Made by a program: the position numbers and the translations under genes. From Auanema rhodensis (taxonomy: Eukaryota > Animalia > Nematoda), in assembly GCA_964057225.1 (NCBI GenBank), contig OZ059898.1, forward strand, positions 6,758,001 to 6,822,000: a stretch of DNA of 64,000 nucleotides, in the 5' to 3' direction. Shown one piece after another: positions 37,381 through 55,655 of this stretch. How positions within the stretch are numbered: the stretch's first letter is position 1; each line of letters starts with the position of its first letter. The notes beneath the pieces were generated by a model. The model was given only the letters and a program-made list of their open reading frames with translations, was not told the origin of the DNA and searched no databases.

Positions 37381-40300
37381 TTAAGGGGGGTGAAAGTTGA
37401 AAGGACCGGGATGATAGTAAAAACGAGGATTCACAGGAGGATTCACAGGAGGATTCACAGGAGGATACAGGGTAGGATTCAGGGTAGGATACAGGGTAGG
37501 ATACAAGGGAGGATTCAAGGGAGGATTCAAGGGAGGATTCAAGGGAGGATTCAAGGGAGGATTCAAGGGAGGATTCAAGGGAGGATTCAAGGGAGGATTC
37601 AAGGGAGGATTCAAGGGAGGATTCAAGGGAGGATTCAAAGGAGGATTCAAGGGAGGATTCAAGGGAGGATTCAAGGGAGGATTCAGGGGAGGATTCAGGG
37701 GAGGATTCAGGGGAGCATTAACAACAGCAGGTGAAAAGAGGAAGTTGTTGGAAATTGTTAGAGATGGATGATTAAAATGTTTACTTCCGACACCATCGAC
37801 TAATGACATATTTGAATGAATACGAGGTCGAATATTTAGATTTGGTTGAGGGCCCGGCACTGGCTGTATTAAAGGTTGTACTTCTGGAAGAGGGTGAATA
37901 ACCTTCTCATTGATAGAAGCAATCAGAGAAATATTTGACTGATGCCCATTCGGAAGAATTGTTCTAGGTAGCGGAATTTTTTGTCCAGGAATAATTGAAG
38001 AATTATGATTGTTTACGCTTGAATCTTCAGATGACATCGTTTTTTCAACGGATACCGATTGATCAAGAGAACTTTTTGAACCCGGCACTGGCGAATCTAA
38101 AGCCATCTTGAAAAATTGAAGACCTTTCATTAATAGATGAGCAGAGTCAGGATCCTCAGGCTTCTTGGTATGGATATAAGACGATATTTTCTCCAGAGCT
38201 TTCTTAATATCACATTCAGAATGTTCCGAAGATATTCGGGATAACGGAGCAATCGGTTCTTTAACAACTTTTATACTATCAAGAAGAGATTGTACAAGAT
38301 TACGGTTTTTTGGCTTTGACAATTCAGGAACATATCCATAACCTTCAGAACTCGCTTCCTTGTTTTGGAATATACCAAAAGATTCCAAGTTCAGTGTTGG
38401 CTTGGGAACAGTTGGATCGGCACGTCCAAATTCATAAACCTTCCATAGATCTTCTTCATGTAATGTTCCATCTAATCCAAATTCAATTGACAATTGTGCA
38501 AGCCGTTCTTCACAAATATATCCATTTTCAGCTTTTTCTTTCTCTAAAGTCATAGCAACACCTAAGACTTTCCGCATTCGAACTGATTCAGCATCTTCAA
38601 CGATTTTTTTCTTCTTAGACTTTGAAATAGCATAATCATCATCTAAGGTTATTATTTCTGGGTCTTTTGAACAAGACGTCTTCCTCTTTTCTTCCAATTT
38701 CGATCTTTCTTGAGCTTCTTTAGACGATCGTTCTAACCTATTCTGAGTTGTTGGGCGGTTGAAACTTCTTCGGTTTCGAGAATCATTCATATGCAAAGGG
38801 GATGGACTCTTGTATTTTCTTTGTGATGTTCTAGAACGGCTTCTGTTTCTACTTCGTCGCCTGTTACGACTGGTAGATCGTACATATGAATTATCAGAAG
38901 GCGGTGATCGTTTGCTCTTCAACCCATATCTGGACGAACGCGATTTAGGTGGGCTTTTCAAATATTTCCTTTTTCGATCATAATCATTAGCACATCGATT
39001 TGAACTCCGGGATCGGTGCCGAAAACTCCTATCAGAATTGGATTCTTTGTAGTGATCATTTCTACAGCTTGATCCTCTTCGATTCCGTCTGCTACTACGT
39101 TCACTGCTTCCGCGAGTGGTTGAATCATTTCTATTTTTCACTTTATGACGATCCTCGATCTTTCGAGATTGCTTACTAATTCCTGTAGGAGAACTGTTTC
39201 GAGAATTAGTTCCATTCCTAAATAAGCATATTGGCGATATTATCAATTCAATTATATATGAAATTCCCGAATGAAAATGAACATTTTAAAGATATTTTAC
39301 TAAAAAAAATTAAATATTATTTTGATATGATCAAATAAGAAATGTCCATTCTCATTAGTGACTATATATATAGTCACAAATAAATAAAACTTTTTCAATG
39401 TTTTAGGAACCCATATTTCGCTTTAACCTTCATATTCACTATAATTTACAAAAAATATCATTTTTAGAAAAAAAGTCAGGTTATAAAGCGAGATATAGCT
39501 ATCAACGCTCATATAAGATACGTTGCTTTAATTGTAACAATATAAGTAATACTTACCTAGACAAATCGCAATCTTTGTATACTGAATGTGAAACATCAGG
39601 TATACTCACGGTAGTCAACACGAAAGATTCACTACTTCTCTGCACACGAGGAGAATCAACCGTTAGATTAATATTATTAGGAGAAGGACATGCAAGAGAT
39701 TGTTCCTTCAACAATTTATCTATAAATCGTTTCGGAATCAAGCACTTCAGACGTAAATTTATTCTGCATTCCTTATTGGAAGACTGTAACATCAATCGAA
39801 TATTGGTTGTAAGATAAATGAAAACCTACATCGAACAACTGATTCAAAAACTCCTCAAGCATCGAATTACGAACTACATCATCATCCTCTTCCGAAAGAG
39901 AATTGAAAAAAGGACGATGATAAAATTTCTGTTAAAATATGTATATGCAAGCTAATAAACATTATTATTTACCATAAAGCTGGTTTTATGTAAAGAATTA
40001 GTAACATGAGGTATAGCATTTTCCCTTCTAAACCACATTTTACATAATGAGCAAAAATATGTTTTCAAGATATTATCGTCTGAACATCTAATCTGAAAAT
40101 AAACAAATAAGAACAATTTATGAAAGAATTAATTAAACCTCATACATATGTTCCATACCAACGGCTTGACCAGAAAACTCTAATTGTTTGATGAGATCAT
40201 TGGAAATTTCGTTTTCCGGAATCCTTTCTGAATCGAACAGGAGAACTTAAAATAACCATATCATGAAAGTTTTAAATATAATTACGAACATGCTTTAACC

Positions 40301-43300
40301 ATGTTTTCAATATTTTCAATATTTTCAATATTGGGAATAGAAGAAGACTCTGCCAAAGCCTCGCTAGAAGTATCGTTTCCATCCTCATTCGTCGGTACAA
40401 TATAAGCAGCACTGTTACGTACACAATTTATATCTGAATCCAAAACTGGAGTTGCTGATTGAGTTACTATAGATACTCCAAAGCCTCCTTCCGGTGCAAC
40501 TAAAAAGAAAGTATGCTTCGAACGTTCAATCGGAAGGCTCACCAGAGGTACTTGAGCAATTCAGCAATTCATCCGTAATAACTGGACAAGTATGGGTGCT
40601 TTCACAGTTGAATGTATCAGTATGAGTTATGGATTCTGAAGAACTCGAACACAACACTACTGAATTCTGATCAATCGTTGCAGTTAAGGACACACGGTCA
40701 GCCGATGGTTCACTTAACGTTAAATCAGAATTTATCTGGAAAATAAGTAATAGGTCTATAACATATTTTGTGAATGCCTTTTCAATCATTTTTCGTTCAT
40801 TTTCTGCTTTAAAAGCACGAACATTCATTTCATCTAATTTCTGTAGAAGCGAAATACTGTATCCACTATCTATCCTATCACGAGCAGGATCGTACACAAG
40901 CATACGTTTTTCAAATTTTCGAGGTGATTTGCAACTATACAAAGCCTTCATTCTAGAAAGTTGTTCAACTTCATTTTCGCCACGTTCTACCATTTCCAAG
41001 AAATCCATAGGTTGTCTGGTTTGCTATAAATAATAATAGGTAATGAATTCGAAACATTTTTCACCAACCATATACATAAGAAAATGATTAAATGAGAACA
41101 CATGGTTCTTTAGATTTTCAGCACCCCAAGGTAGAATTTCAAAGCACAGAGTACAATAATAGTCCGGAGAAAAATTATCAGTTTCTTGTGAGCTTCTCCT
41201 TTCTATTATCATATTTAACCCAACAGCTCTGGTATTAATACTTGACGACGATCGATCATTCTATTCAACAAAGTAGTTTGATATATCTAACAGTAATTAA
41301 ACCTTATCCTTAAAAGATTTAAGAACACGGGGCACATTTCCAAACTTCAAGCCAAAAAGACCTGGAAAACAGATTCAAAAATAGGGATAAATTTTTAAAA
41401 AATTACGAATGTTTGTTAATCGCGTAATTTGGATTCTCCTATTATGTTTATCACCAACAATATGCTCTTCCCATATCACTCTTAGTGAATCTTGCAAAAC
41501 AGACGTAAACGTAGAATTGCAACTCTGAATATTGATATGATAAAGGAGAAGAGTTCCAGTATATACCAAACACAATATTCCAACTTTAGATTTCCATAAT
41601 CTATCTTTCGTGTTGGAGAAATCGAATAATTTACAGCAAGATAGTTCCATTCCTTTTTGAATAGAGATACTATCATCATCTGTAATCATTCGAAGATGAA
41701 CAAACGAAAGAATAGTCACATACAAATGTTAGAAGCTTCCTTAAGATTAGATGGCACTTTCACACGTCCGCTAAGTAATTGCACAAAGTATGACGAATGA
41801 ACCTATTGAGAAAAGTGTTATGATGTAAGAGGTTTCCGAATGTTGAAATTACTTTCATGGAAGAAGTTAAACAATTGTTTTCCATTCGGTCAAAAACGTA
41901 AGGCGACATGCAATATATACTTCGTTTGACATAATCAACAATCATATCCTCTTTTTCTTTCATTTCAGTTTTGATGCTTAGCATATACGAAAGAGGCTTA
42001 TTTGTTAAATTCTGAAATATTTTGCATGCTATGAAAATTCTTATTATATTTTATATACCAAGTATTTCATGATATGACTGAAACTTCTAAGGTGAGTTAA
42101 CAGTTTCATATAGCTATGATTCAAAAATATTTCAGCACAAAGTGTACAGACTATCTAGAACTTCGAAATAATAAACACAGTATTTCAGAAAGGTTACCTC
42201 GTTCTTATCATGGTCATCTACAATCCATTCCAGCCCAACTTCTCCAAAGTTCAAGATTCGAACGTTTTGCTTATTGATCTATAAGCAAAATATGAATACA
42301 ACAATGTTTTAAATATAATTAAACATTTTCAGTAACCCAACCCCCAATAGGATTGATTTTCGCAAAGCTAAAAAGTTTTTTCGGCACTACAGGGACAAAA
42401 TTTGTTGAATCTGAGATAAGGCATAATTATAACGTACAAAAATGATTCTTACCAAAATTAAAACAACTTCTTCGACATTGCATGTCGAAATGTTGATTGG
42501 TCTTCACATGGTTGTTCCATATTCTGTGCCCATTCGTATCATCTTCCTTTAGAGGAAGAAGTACGTTGCAAATCTATAATAAAACACTTATAAAAATAGT
42601 AATCCTAATATATCCATACATCACATGTTATGCATTTTAAATTATTATAATATTTTTGTATAACAGGACCTTCAAATGTTTCAATCGTGGCATCATCCAC
42701 AGAAAATGCCTGAATCTTGATTATAAATTTGTACCATTACTGTATTAAAAACCAGAATAGTTTTTGGAATTTCTTTTACTCTTAGTTTCTTATAACTACT
42801 GTTTTCCAAACAGTACTTTTGTAATAGCTTCAATAGCACCGCTCTCCTAGTGGGACCGGTAAACGAATATGAATTATAAGTTTCCGAACAGCATTTTGTA
42901 TTCTAAAATGAAAAATCTATTCCCTATTGTACTCTATAACTACCAAAAAACGGATAATATGAGCTTCACTGGAGAAATGTTCTTTTATTGAATTCAACCT
43001 TTTGAAACATAAAGTACAATAATTTTCAGCATCTAAAAAAAGAAGTTAAGAAATAAGGATATATCTACTTGCCTGTTGTCACCAAATATTTAACTCCACA
43101 TACAGGACCAAAATAGTGGTCACCAATTTTCTTCCATACAAATGTTTGAATTTCATTTTGTTGTTCTTGAACATCATCCAATCCTACTACAAAAAAAAAT
43201 TAAAAATTAAATTATTATAAATTGTCTTAATACTTTCATTCAATAAACATTTAATAATAATACTGTTTTTATGAAAATCGGTGCCTGCGTGAGTATACCA

Positions 43301-44193
43301 CGCTCTATCGCGATTTTTCTTCCTACATGCCAATGTTTCAAAGCATTCCTGCAGATAAATTGAATTATTTAGCAATATACCTAAACCTACAAAACATTCA
43401 ATAACACATCGATCATCATTATTCTGAGTAGCCGTTGTATGCAATAGAAAATAATCATCCAGAGTTTTTATATGTAGTTTTTTGTGAATCTCTTCATCGT
43501 TTAACTTAACATAAGCAACTTGAGGACATTTTCTCGGACCACCTGAATATTCTAACAATCAATACCTAAACTGAAGGATTTACCTAAATTCTCAAATATT
43601 TGGCCAGAAACTCGGCTAAGTTCTTCGTATGAAGAAAATGAACGGCGAAATTTTACTAACATTCTTATGCTCGCACATGAATCCTTAAACAAAATACTAG
43701 TGAATTCTGAAATAACTACTTTACAGACAATATATCTTCTCAAGTGGTTAGATGATAGCAAATGAGCATCAACATCTAGAAACCCTATTCCAGCTTCATA
43801 ACACAATAAGCAAATCCAAAAACGTTTTGTCGTGGCACAACTTTTAACTTCAATAAATTGATCTAGCCCTATAAGGATATGATTTCAATAGGGATCTTTA
43901 TTAATATCCGCTCACCCACCGCCCTTAGTTTCTTGTCTTTATATCTATTAAAAAGAAAAGACTCAACGGAATCAGCTGGTTGAAAACAGTAACATGTGAC
44001 GAATGCACGAACTAGTAGTTTCTTTAACGTTAATGTTAAAAACCATTTGAAAATATGTTTCAAACCTTCGCATGACTTTCGTCCAATTCGTGCTTTTTTT
44101 TATCCGGAGAACTAACACATTTGATGTAGCATACCTTAAGTTAGATGAAGTTTGAGTTAAAGTTGCTGTGCTTTTAATAAGATTACATTGCAT
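37381..44193 (-). CDS. Large multi-exon protein with repeated matrin/U1-type zinc fingers, an RS-rich region and a C-terminal (NPPL)n tract
   Basis: Repeated GL..I.E....Y.C.LC......H..S..H...Y units (e.g. YYCTLC...NHVFSFNHFLMY, FCSLCK...HVTNSLH) and a 621-aa terminal exon with RS repeats. The 5' start is approximate. Confidence 0.7.
37425..37715. repeat. 12-bp coding minisatellite (GGGAGGATTCAA)n encoding NPPL repeats on the - strand
   Basis: About 24 units including degenerate YPTL/NPPV variants. Confidence 0.95.
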
Positions 44194-44913
44194 GTATCTC
44201 CGAACCAGGGACTACACGACATGTTCAAAACTTGAAAAATCTACTCTTTTTGAAAATATTTCATAACACTGAAAATATCAGATTAAACTTTTTAGCAAAT
44301 GATACTGTAATAAATAACAGAGATCATTCTTCTTGTACAAAAACTAACAGTTTCAACCGCGAAATAGAAAAAAAATCTGGTAAACATTTTATATGAGGAG
44401 CAAATGGCACGAACAATCCAACATGTTAAAATGCAGTAATTCCAGTTGACAAATATACAATTTAAGTTCTTATTCGAATCAGTTAATTGTAACTACCCCA
44501 TATTATATAAATTGAAACAACCCCCCCCAAATTTGGAGCACATTAAAAAGGTATTACTCATGCTCTGTTTGATCTGATGAACATAAAAACCAAGAAATTG
44601 ACAAGAGCAGGCGTTCAATGCTTCATATACTTCTATCTCTCCTTCATCTCTAGTCGTTCAGCAATAACACAGCTTAGACGGCACAAAAAGACGAAAGCCA
44701 CACCGAGCAGAGTAGAGCGAAAGATTGAAATAGATAGAGATTTGAGAGAATTGAGAGCAACCGGCTTACGTTCCTCCTACTCCTCCTCCTCTTCTTCTTC
44801 TTCTAGACCCCGGTACCTCAACTCACCCGAGAGAGAAGCTCACTCCGCGATCTGTTCCTCTCTAATTACGCTGACTTATATCTCAGAATCAGGAGACTAT
44901 ATTATCAGGTACA

Positions 44914-48789
<3,876 letters not shown>

Positions 48790-48933
48790 TCAAGATTGCA
48801 CATTCATTTTTCATTTATTTGTATAATTGTACCCGATGCATAAAGCTATAGCATATAGCCACAGAGTTTGTTAATGTATTAGTCAATAAGGGTAAAACAT
48901 GTAATATTCGGAATTAATCTGAGATCTACCAGT

Positions 48934-51900
48934 TTAAAATAATTTCCAGTTCATATATCCCGGATGTGCTTCATCCATGCAAACGAATTGTTCACATATA
49001 TCGTCTCTTCTTTTTATATCAGATATCTAGAAAAATTGTAATTTTAATCATTATAAATTAGAGAAACACCTTATGGAAATGTAAAGCAATTTCTTTAAGT
49101 ACCGCTTTTTCAATAATTGGATATCCAGCCTGCTGACAATATCTCCGAGCTTGAGCTAAATGATATAAAGGATCTAAAAATATTAATAAGAAAACAAATG
49201 ATGTGAATTTCAAACCGTTCTGAGCATCTTTCACTTCTGAGCAACCTAAGTGATAAAAACATTTTTCAAGAGCAGAGCCCATATATTCTATACTTTCTTC
49301 ACATGCATAATAACCTGATAACGCTTGTTCGTTGTGTCCACAAGAAGCCTGTAATATAGTGTTATAAACAAAGTAGCTATCTATTCTTGTATACATGGAA
49401 CATTGCTAATCTTCGCTGAGCCATTGCTGTTAATAAAAACAGGGATTTTGCTTTAGTGTGTTCTATTATCGATAAAAGTAGATCCAAAGCGTCATCCAGT
49501 TTTTGTAAGGCAGATAGAACAGAAGACAATTGCATTTGAAGTCTGTCAAGTATATTACCATTATTATTTTTTATTATTTTTTATTATTTTCTATTATTTT
49601 TTATTATTTTTTTTATTATTTATTATATTATTATAGTGAGATTCACGAAGTATACCTGAATTTAAAAACTATAGGCTTATCCCCAACATTTTGCAATTCT
49701 TTACGAAGGAGAATTTCTGCAGTTTGTAATTCTCCTCTCTGAGACAGTAACAAAGCTTGTCTAAAATTAATTAATATCGATAAAATGTCAAATAAAAATG
49801 AACCTTATAGCTGCTTCATCAGGACACACACTACGTAAGTCGTCTAATTTTTCATCAATCTCTTTCCATTTACCCAAACGAAGAGCAAAGTCAAAGTAGA
49901 ATACCGTTTTACAAATATTAACATGATGAGCAGCCTTTAACGTTATAGTAACAATCTAGTTTAAAAATATATCTAAAACCTGCCAATTTATTCTATCTGG
50001 ATATTTACTTATCAAATCTGTTAAAGCCGTTGCAGCTAAGTCCCATTTACCTTCCGCCATGTAAGAATAAATAATATTCGCACCGGCTATAGCCTGTAAT
50101 CGTATTGAATAAAGATATAAGAGAACACAATTAATTTTTACATAAGCTTCAGTTTCATGATGAGGAGCGATACCATCACTACCATTGGCTTCTGTTAAAG
50201 ATAAGGCAGCTGTTCGAGCAGCTCTCCAGTATCCTTGATGAAGACGAATACTACTTAAGGTGGCAGTAGATGCATCTGCTATTAATCGAGATTTCGCCTT
50301 ATAATCATCTGCTGAAGTTGAACGCATGCTTCTAGCCAAATTACCACCAGAGCTGGAAGGAACAGTTAAACGTTGTCAAAATCTCAAAACCAATATTCCT
50401 ACTTTTCTCCAAAAATGCCAAAACGAGCAGCTAGAATAGCTGATAGAAGTTCAATAGCATCAATTAATTGATGTTGAAACTCTTCGATATCTTTGTCGGA
50501 ATCAAAAAACTTATTTTCACTAAAACATTAGAAATGAACACATTATGCAAAATCAAAATGTATAGCATACTTGTCATTTAGAATTTTCTCATGTTGAAGA
50601 ATACTTTTCACAGAATCAAGTGTGACCAGAGGAACATCGTTATTCTCAGTACTATTGTCTAATACAAACAATATATTTTGACTAACATAAATAGATAATT
50701 CTAACCATTATCATTTTTCCTGCACTTGGAAAAGCCCATGGTATCTATAGCTGCTAACTCCACCATAGCCAAGCGAAGACAAACGCTATCACCTTGAGAT
50801 TGCGCTTGCTGAACACTCTCTGTTAACAATGAACGTGCCATTTTGCTAGAAATAATATATAAAAGAAAATCCAATAATTGTTTTACATACTGGTCACCAA
50901 ACATTCGATATATTCTAGCTAATAGCAGTGTTCCATAACGCAATGGCTTTTGATCTATTGAGCCTAAACGTTTAGATTCAAACGGTTGAGCACTTGGTGA
51001 AATTGAAGGAAGATTAGGTCTAAAATAATTTGATTAATTCACTATTATAATAGAATTTTTACCTAAACATTGATAAATCAAAAAATATACGTAATGATTC
51101 CTGGGCAGCCATTGAATTTTTCAAATTTATGTGATTAAGCATTTCCAAAATATGCTAAAAAGACAAATATTCAAGTTTAGAAACACGATCTTACCACATG
51201 ATGTACATCATGAAATTTCTCTTTAATTTTTCTGGTCCATTGAAACATTTGCTCAGGATTCATAGCTAAAGATGGACATACCTAAATTTCAAAACAAAAA
51301 AATGCTCATAGTAAAAAAAAGTGAAACCTGCAAGTAATGCATTTGCAAATCAATCCATTTTCTAGCTCGTGAAGAGTATTCTATCTCGAATGGCAAGCTA
51401 TTAACATATATTCTTTCCATGAAACTACATTCCATCTCTTCCACACCGTTTATATATCTTCTAAACGCCTCATTTGTATCAAAGATTTGTTGAGTTGTCA
51501 AGCGGTTCCATTGGTATCGTAGCTGAACAATGATTATAAGTTAACTAGCATTAGTTAAAGATACTTACTCTGCGAAGCCATAGGAATATGAAATTTCTAT
51601 TTTGAAATAGTTTCTGAGGAGCACTGCCATTTCTTGGATTCAGAGTTATGAGATATTTGAGAACAATTATTAAATCATTTCCTTGTTGTACACTGTGTAT
51701 TCTGAAAATTCATCACATTTAGCCAGGTACAGATAAGCGCCATACAATTGCAAAAAATGTTGGAGTATACCACTATGTACAGTTAAATCCATATAACGAG
51801 CAATTCTTCTTATATCTACATATGGTCTATCCCCTAATTCTAACAACCCATATATAATACAGATCAATCTGAAATTGAGATCCTTCTTGTGCTTGTATGA

Positions 51901-52220
51901 AATTACTTTTGAGCTTTTTTTCGTTATAAAATGCAACTTTCGCTCATATAATGTTCTTATAGTATACACCCTCTCACCTATTTGCTTGAGGTATTGTAAA
52001 GCGATGATACTCTTCATGAATAACATGGAGAGTTTTTACTAAAGCATAAACAGCCATCTGAATATGAATTCACTTATTTCATTTTCGACGATTTGTATAC
52101 CTTGAAAGATGTTACTGGCTCGGTAATAGCTTTATCAAAAACATTTCCAAACAAATCATCTAGATTAACCCTATTACTTAATACAAGTTGACTTCCTGTA
52201 GGAAGTCCTACTTCACCCAT
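48934..52220 (-). CDS. APC5: Anaphase-promoting complex subunit 5
   Basis: N-terminal EPVTSFK; LRIFFD...LRYGTLLLARIYRMFG...LTESVQQAQSQGDSVCLRLAM Apc5 domain; TPR-like C-terminal half. Confidence 0.82.
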
Positions 52221-52507
52221 TGGATATTCTGAATATTATATAATTTAGTTTTTTTGAATATTAAACTTATTAAATATATTGGTTATACATAACCGATTAA
52301 TTCGTTATGACGTTATTTGTTATGATATTTTATTTCAATATATTTCTCCATAAAAAATGAGCATCAACTTTAAGAACAATCACAATACTAGAAAAAAGCA
52401 AGGCAGAATAAAAATCACAAATTTTAAATCACAATAAGGAATTTTTAGTAGGTTTCATTAAGCGAGAAAACGTTTGACGTTTAATAAATATATAAAAACA
52501 CTGTAAT

Positions 52508-53376
52508 CTAACTAATAACACATTTCTGTTTTTCCTTTTTTCTTTTGGATTTACCCTTTTTAAGGTTCATTCCAATATCCTACAAATGATAATTAAAAAC
52601 GAAAACTATAACTTCGAACTCATACCTCTTCTTCGTCGGTTGGAAAACTCTTGACAATACGAACCAACTCATGGAAGGCAGCATCAACATTCGATGGAGG
52701 ATCCTTCGCAGATGTTTCAATATAAGGCAATTTCAATTCTGCCGCCAAATCACGTCCTTCCTGTTCAGTAACTACCCTCTGATTGAGAAGGTCAACCTGA
52801 AATTGTCCAGTTAATTTCCCGGTACGCAGAATTTTTCACCTTATTTCCTACTAAAAGTACTGGATATTCGGTTTTGTCTTTAACGCGAAGAACTTGACGG
52901 TACAACTTAGCAGCTTCCTTAACATAAGGTTACTTCAACTCTAGTATGAAATATAATACCTCAAAAGATTTTCGCTCTGTGACAGAAAATACGAGAAGGA
53001 AACCTTTCCCACTTCGCATATACTGCTCTCTCATTGCTGAAAATTCTTCTTGACCGGCTGTGTCAAGAACTGAAATAGAGTTGAAAATATTTTAAGATTT
53101 AAAACAATCAAGAATACCATCCATAATCACCCATTGCCCATCAATTTCACAATGTTGGATGTATTGGTCCTCAATAGTAGGATCATAATAGTCGATAAAT
53201 TGCTTCTAAATAACATAAAGTGAACAAATCAACTCATAAAAAATATAGAAAAAAGAACGAACCTGGAAAAATTGAATTGTTAACGAACTTTTGCCAACTC
53301 CACCATCTCCAATCACAACTAATTTAAAAGTTGGCAATCGTGAATCGTCTTCAGGGGGTCTTTTATTACTAGCCAT
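52508..53376 (-). CDS. ras-2: M-Ras/R-Ras3 small GTPase
   Basis: [63 protein letters not shown] box CVIS. Confidence 0.93.
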
Positions 53377-53649
53377 CCTTAACAAGTAAGTAAAATTGAA
53401 AAAGAAGTTAACACGATATCAGATGGTCATGCCAAAATTAGAGAGAAATGTTCGGACAACAATAAGGAATTTATCACAGTAAGCAGATATGAACAGGATT
53501 GCACATGAAATACAAAAAAGAATGGAATGTTTCTGAAATGTGTAAGTTACCCAATAGCAACAGCAGTGACAAATCAATGACCAGACTAAAAAGTTCGTCT
53601 TAGGAAACAGTTGCGAACTTAGAAGAAACTAGGGAATTATTACATTAAA

Positions 53650-55455
53650 TCACAATCCTAAAATTTTGAATAGATAGGGACATCCTTCGCCGACCATAAA
53701 GCCAACGGCACTGTAAGTCATGAATTTGACAGGTAAATCAACGTCATATGGTGCTTCTTCCAGTTTGATCACCTCAAAATCAAATGAGAAGGTCAGATAT
53801 TATTTTTTTAAATCTGTTGTACCTTCTGACCACGTATCGGTGAAAAACGCATTCGATTAGTATATCGTTTAGTTGGTTGTAAATCTCCCAAAGATTCACA
53901 CATTGATGAATATGAATAGAAATTAAGTCCTAAGTACTTATAAAGTGATGTAATGCACAATTTCGATATCGATTTAACGATAACACGGACAATAAGAACA
54001 AAAAGAGTTCCTGAAGTAGAAAGAATGAAACTTTTAAAATATGAGAACAACCTATGAAAAACCGAACTAGATACATATAAATCGGGGCATCAGCTGTTGT
54101 TTCACGCAAACTTTTGAATGGTTCAGCACCTCCTAGTTCAAAAACTCGAGAGCACCAAATTCCACAAACTCCAGCAAATACGGAAACAACCGAGAAAAAA
54201 CGGGATTGAAATTATGAAGTTCAAAACACCACCTACTTCGCCAAAACTTTGGGTTTCAGGCCAAGCACGGGGATGAATACGAATAAGGACAAGTATTGCG
54301 GAGAAAATGTAGATGAAAAAGTTGTTATCCTGTCCAGAGCTCAGTACATAGAGCTCATATAAGCGGTCAGAATAACCACCTACAAACATTTACAAGCAAG
54401 CTTATATTACGTAAGTTATGAGTCTTACTAAAAATGAATAGGATGAGCACACCAATAGTCCATCCACCAAGAACATCACATGGCGAATGAACTCCCAAGT
54501 ATACTCGAGACCAGCTAACCCCACAATTCCCTAAAATAGTTAATTACAATGAAACGGGTCAGACACAGGGTTGATAGTATGAATGAAATCAGAAATTGAT
54601 TCATTTCTTGTCACTATACATGCGCAAAATGATGTTGGTGGCTTAGCTGGCACTGAGAGAAACAGGATCTGAAGACCCGATTGTGTCTACAGCGATTCCG
54701 CCACCATCACTAGCACGTCGCCGTCTTATCAGCATAAATAAGAATAAGGAAAAGAAGGGAAATCGGAGAAGAAGATTATAAAGTAGAAGAAGAAAAAAGA
54801 AAACTGACAGATAAATATGGAAGTCAGCAACAGGAGCGACGCCCAGAAGGATAGTTCATAGTGCTTTGTCGAATAAATCCATATAAACCAGGGGAATGCT
54901 GTACCTAGAAGAGCGTGATTGGACGGCCAAGCCCTAAAATATAAACAAAACACTAATAGATAACCGGATAAAAAAATAATACCAATCTCGATTTTCTTCA
55001 CTCAAGCGCAAGGCTGGTGGAGCTGGAGGCCTTGGAAGACATAAACCAACTTTCAAGGATCCAGAAACAAAAAAGCCAATTCCAAGCAGAATGGCAAGCA
55101 GTAACCCAAGTCTCACATCAACTAGCCAGATCTGATTTTAACCATAAGAACACAGGTTAACAAGTGATGGCAAACCAATCCGACAATCAAAGAGAAAAAG
55201 AATTCCTCTAACCCTAGGCGGCTGAACAACAAGGCTAGTTTAGTTGAAAAATCAGAATTATTATACTAAAATAGGAACGGATCAAAATACTCTGGCCGAC
55301 AAACAAGCCTGAAGAAACTGAATTGCCGGATTTCCAGCAAGAATCAACGAAGTAAGATGACTACGCAAATGAAAAGCCCATTCTCCCAAGCTATCCACTG
55401 GAGCCTTCACGTAGTATCTACAACGCAAAACTGTGAAATTGTAGCTGTATTTCAT
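53650..55455 (-). CDS. PAP2-family lipid phosphatase, sphingosine-1-phosphate phosphatase (SGPP)-like
   Basis: Motifs [13 protein letters not shown] and [12 protein letters not shown], multiple TM segments, and a C-terminal [13 protein letters not shown]. The start codon is uncertain. Confidence 0.82.
54545..54735 (-). ncRNA. Candidate structured intronic ncRNA (class unassigned)
   Basis: GC-richer core of a ~280-nt intron. Several stems contain G-U pairs only on the host-sense strand, and a 7-bp pseudoknot pairing is possible (see findings). Confidence 0.4.
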
Positions 55456-55655
55456 TTACTTCTCCTTGGATAATATATTCCAATTAGGAAAGAGCTCCAA
55501 AGGATACTCTTTTATTATACCAGCCTTCATCCCCTGAACAACCCTAACTAACCCATATTAGGAAAACATTCATACATATAGAAAAGAAACCAACTTGAAA
55601 AAAAACAAAAGCAACAATTAATAACGATTTATGGTGCCGAAAACAACAAACAAGA

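Noticed and set aside
37390-37734. (IQGR)n ORF on the + strand
   Set aside because: It is the antisense shadow of the NPPL coding repeat.
54645-54680. Hammerhead ribozyme (CTGAAGA, GAAAC) or C/D snoRNA on the + strand
   Set aside because: Core motifs are not in a foldable order, box spacing is poor, and the G-U pattern favours the opposite strand.
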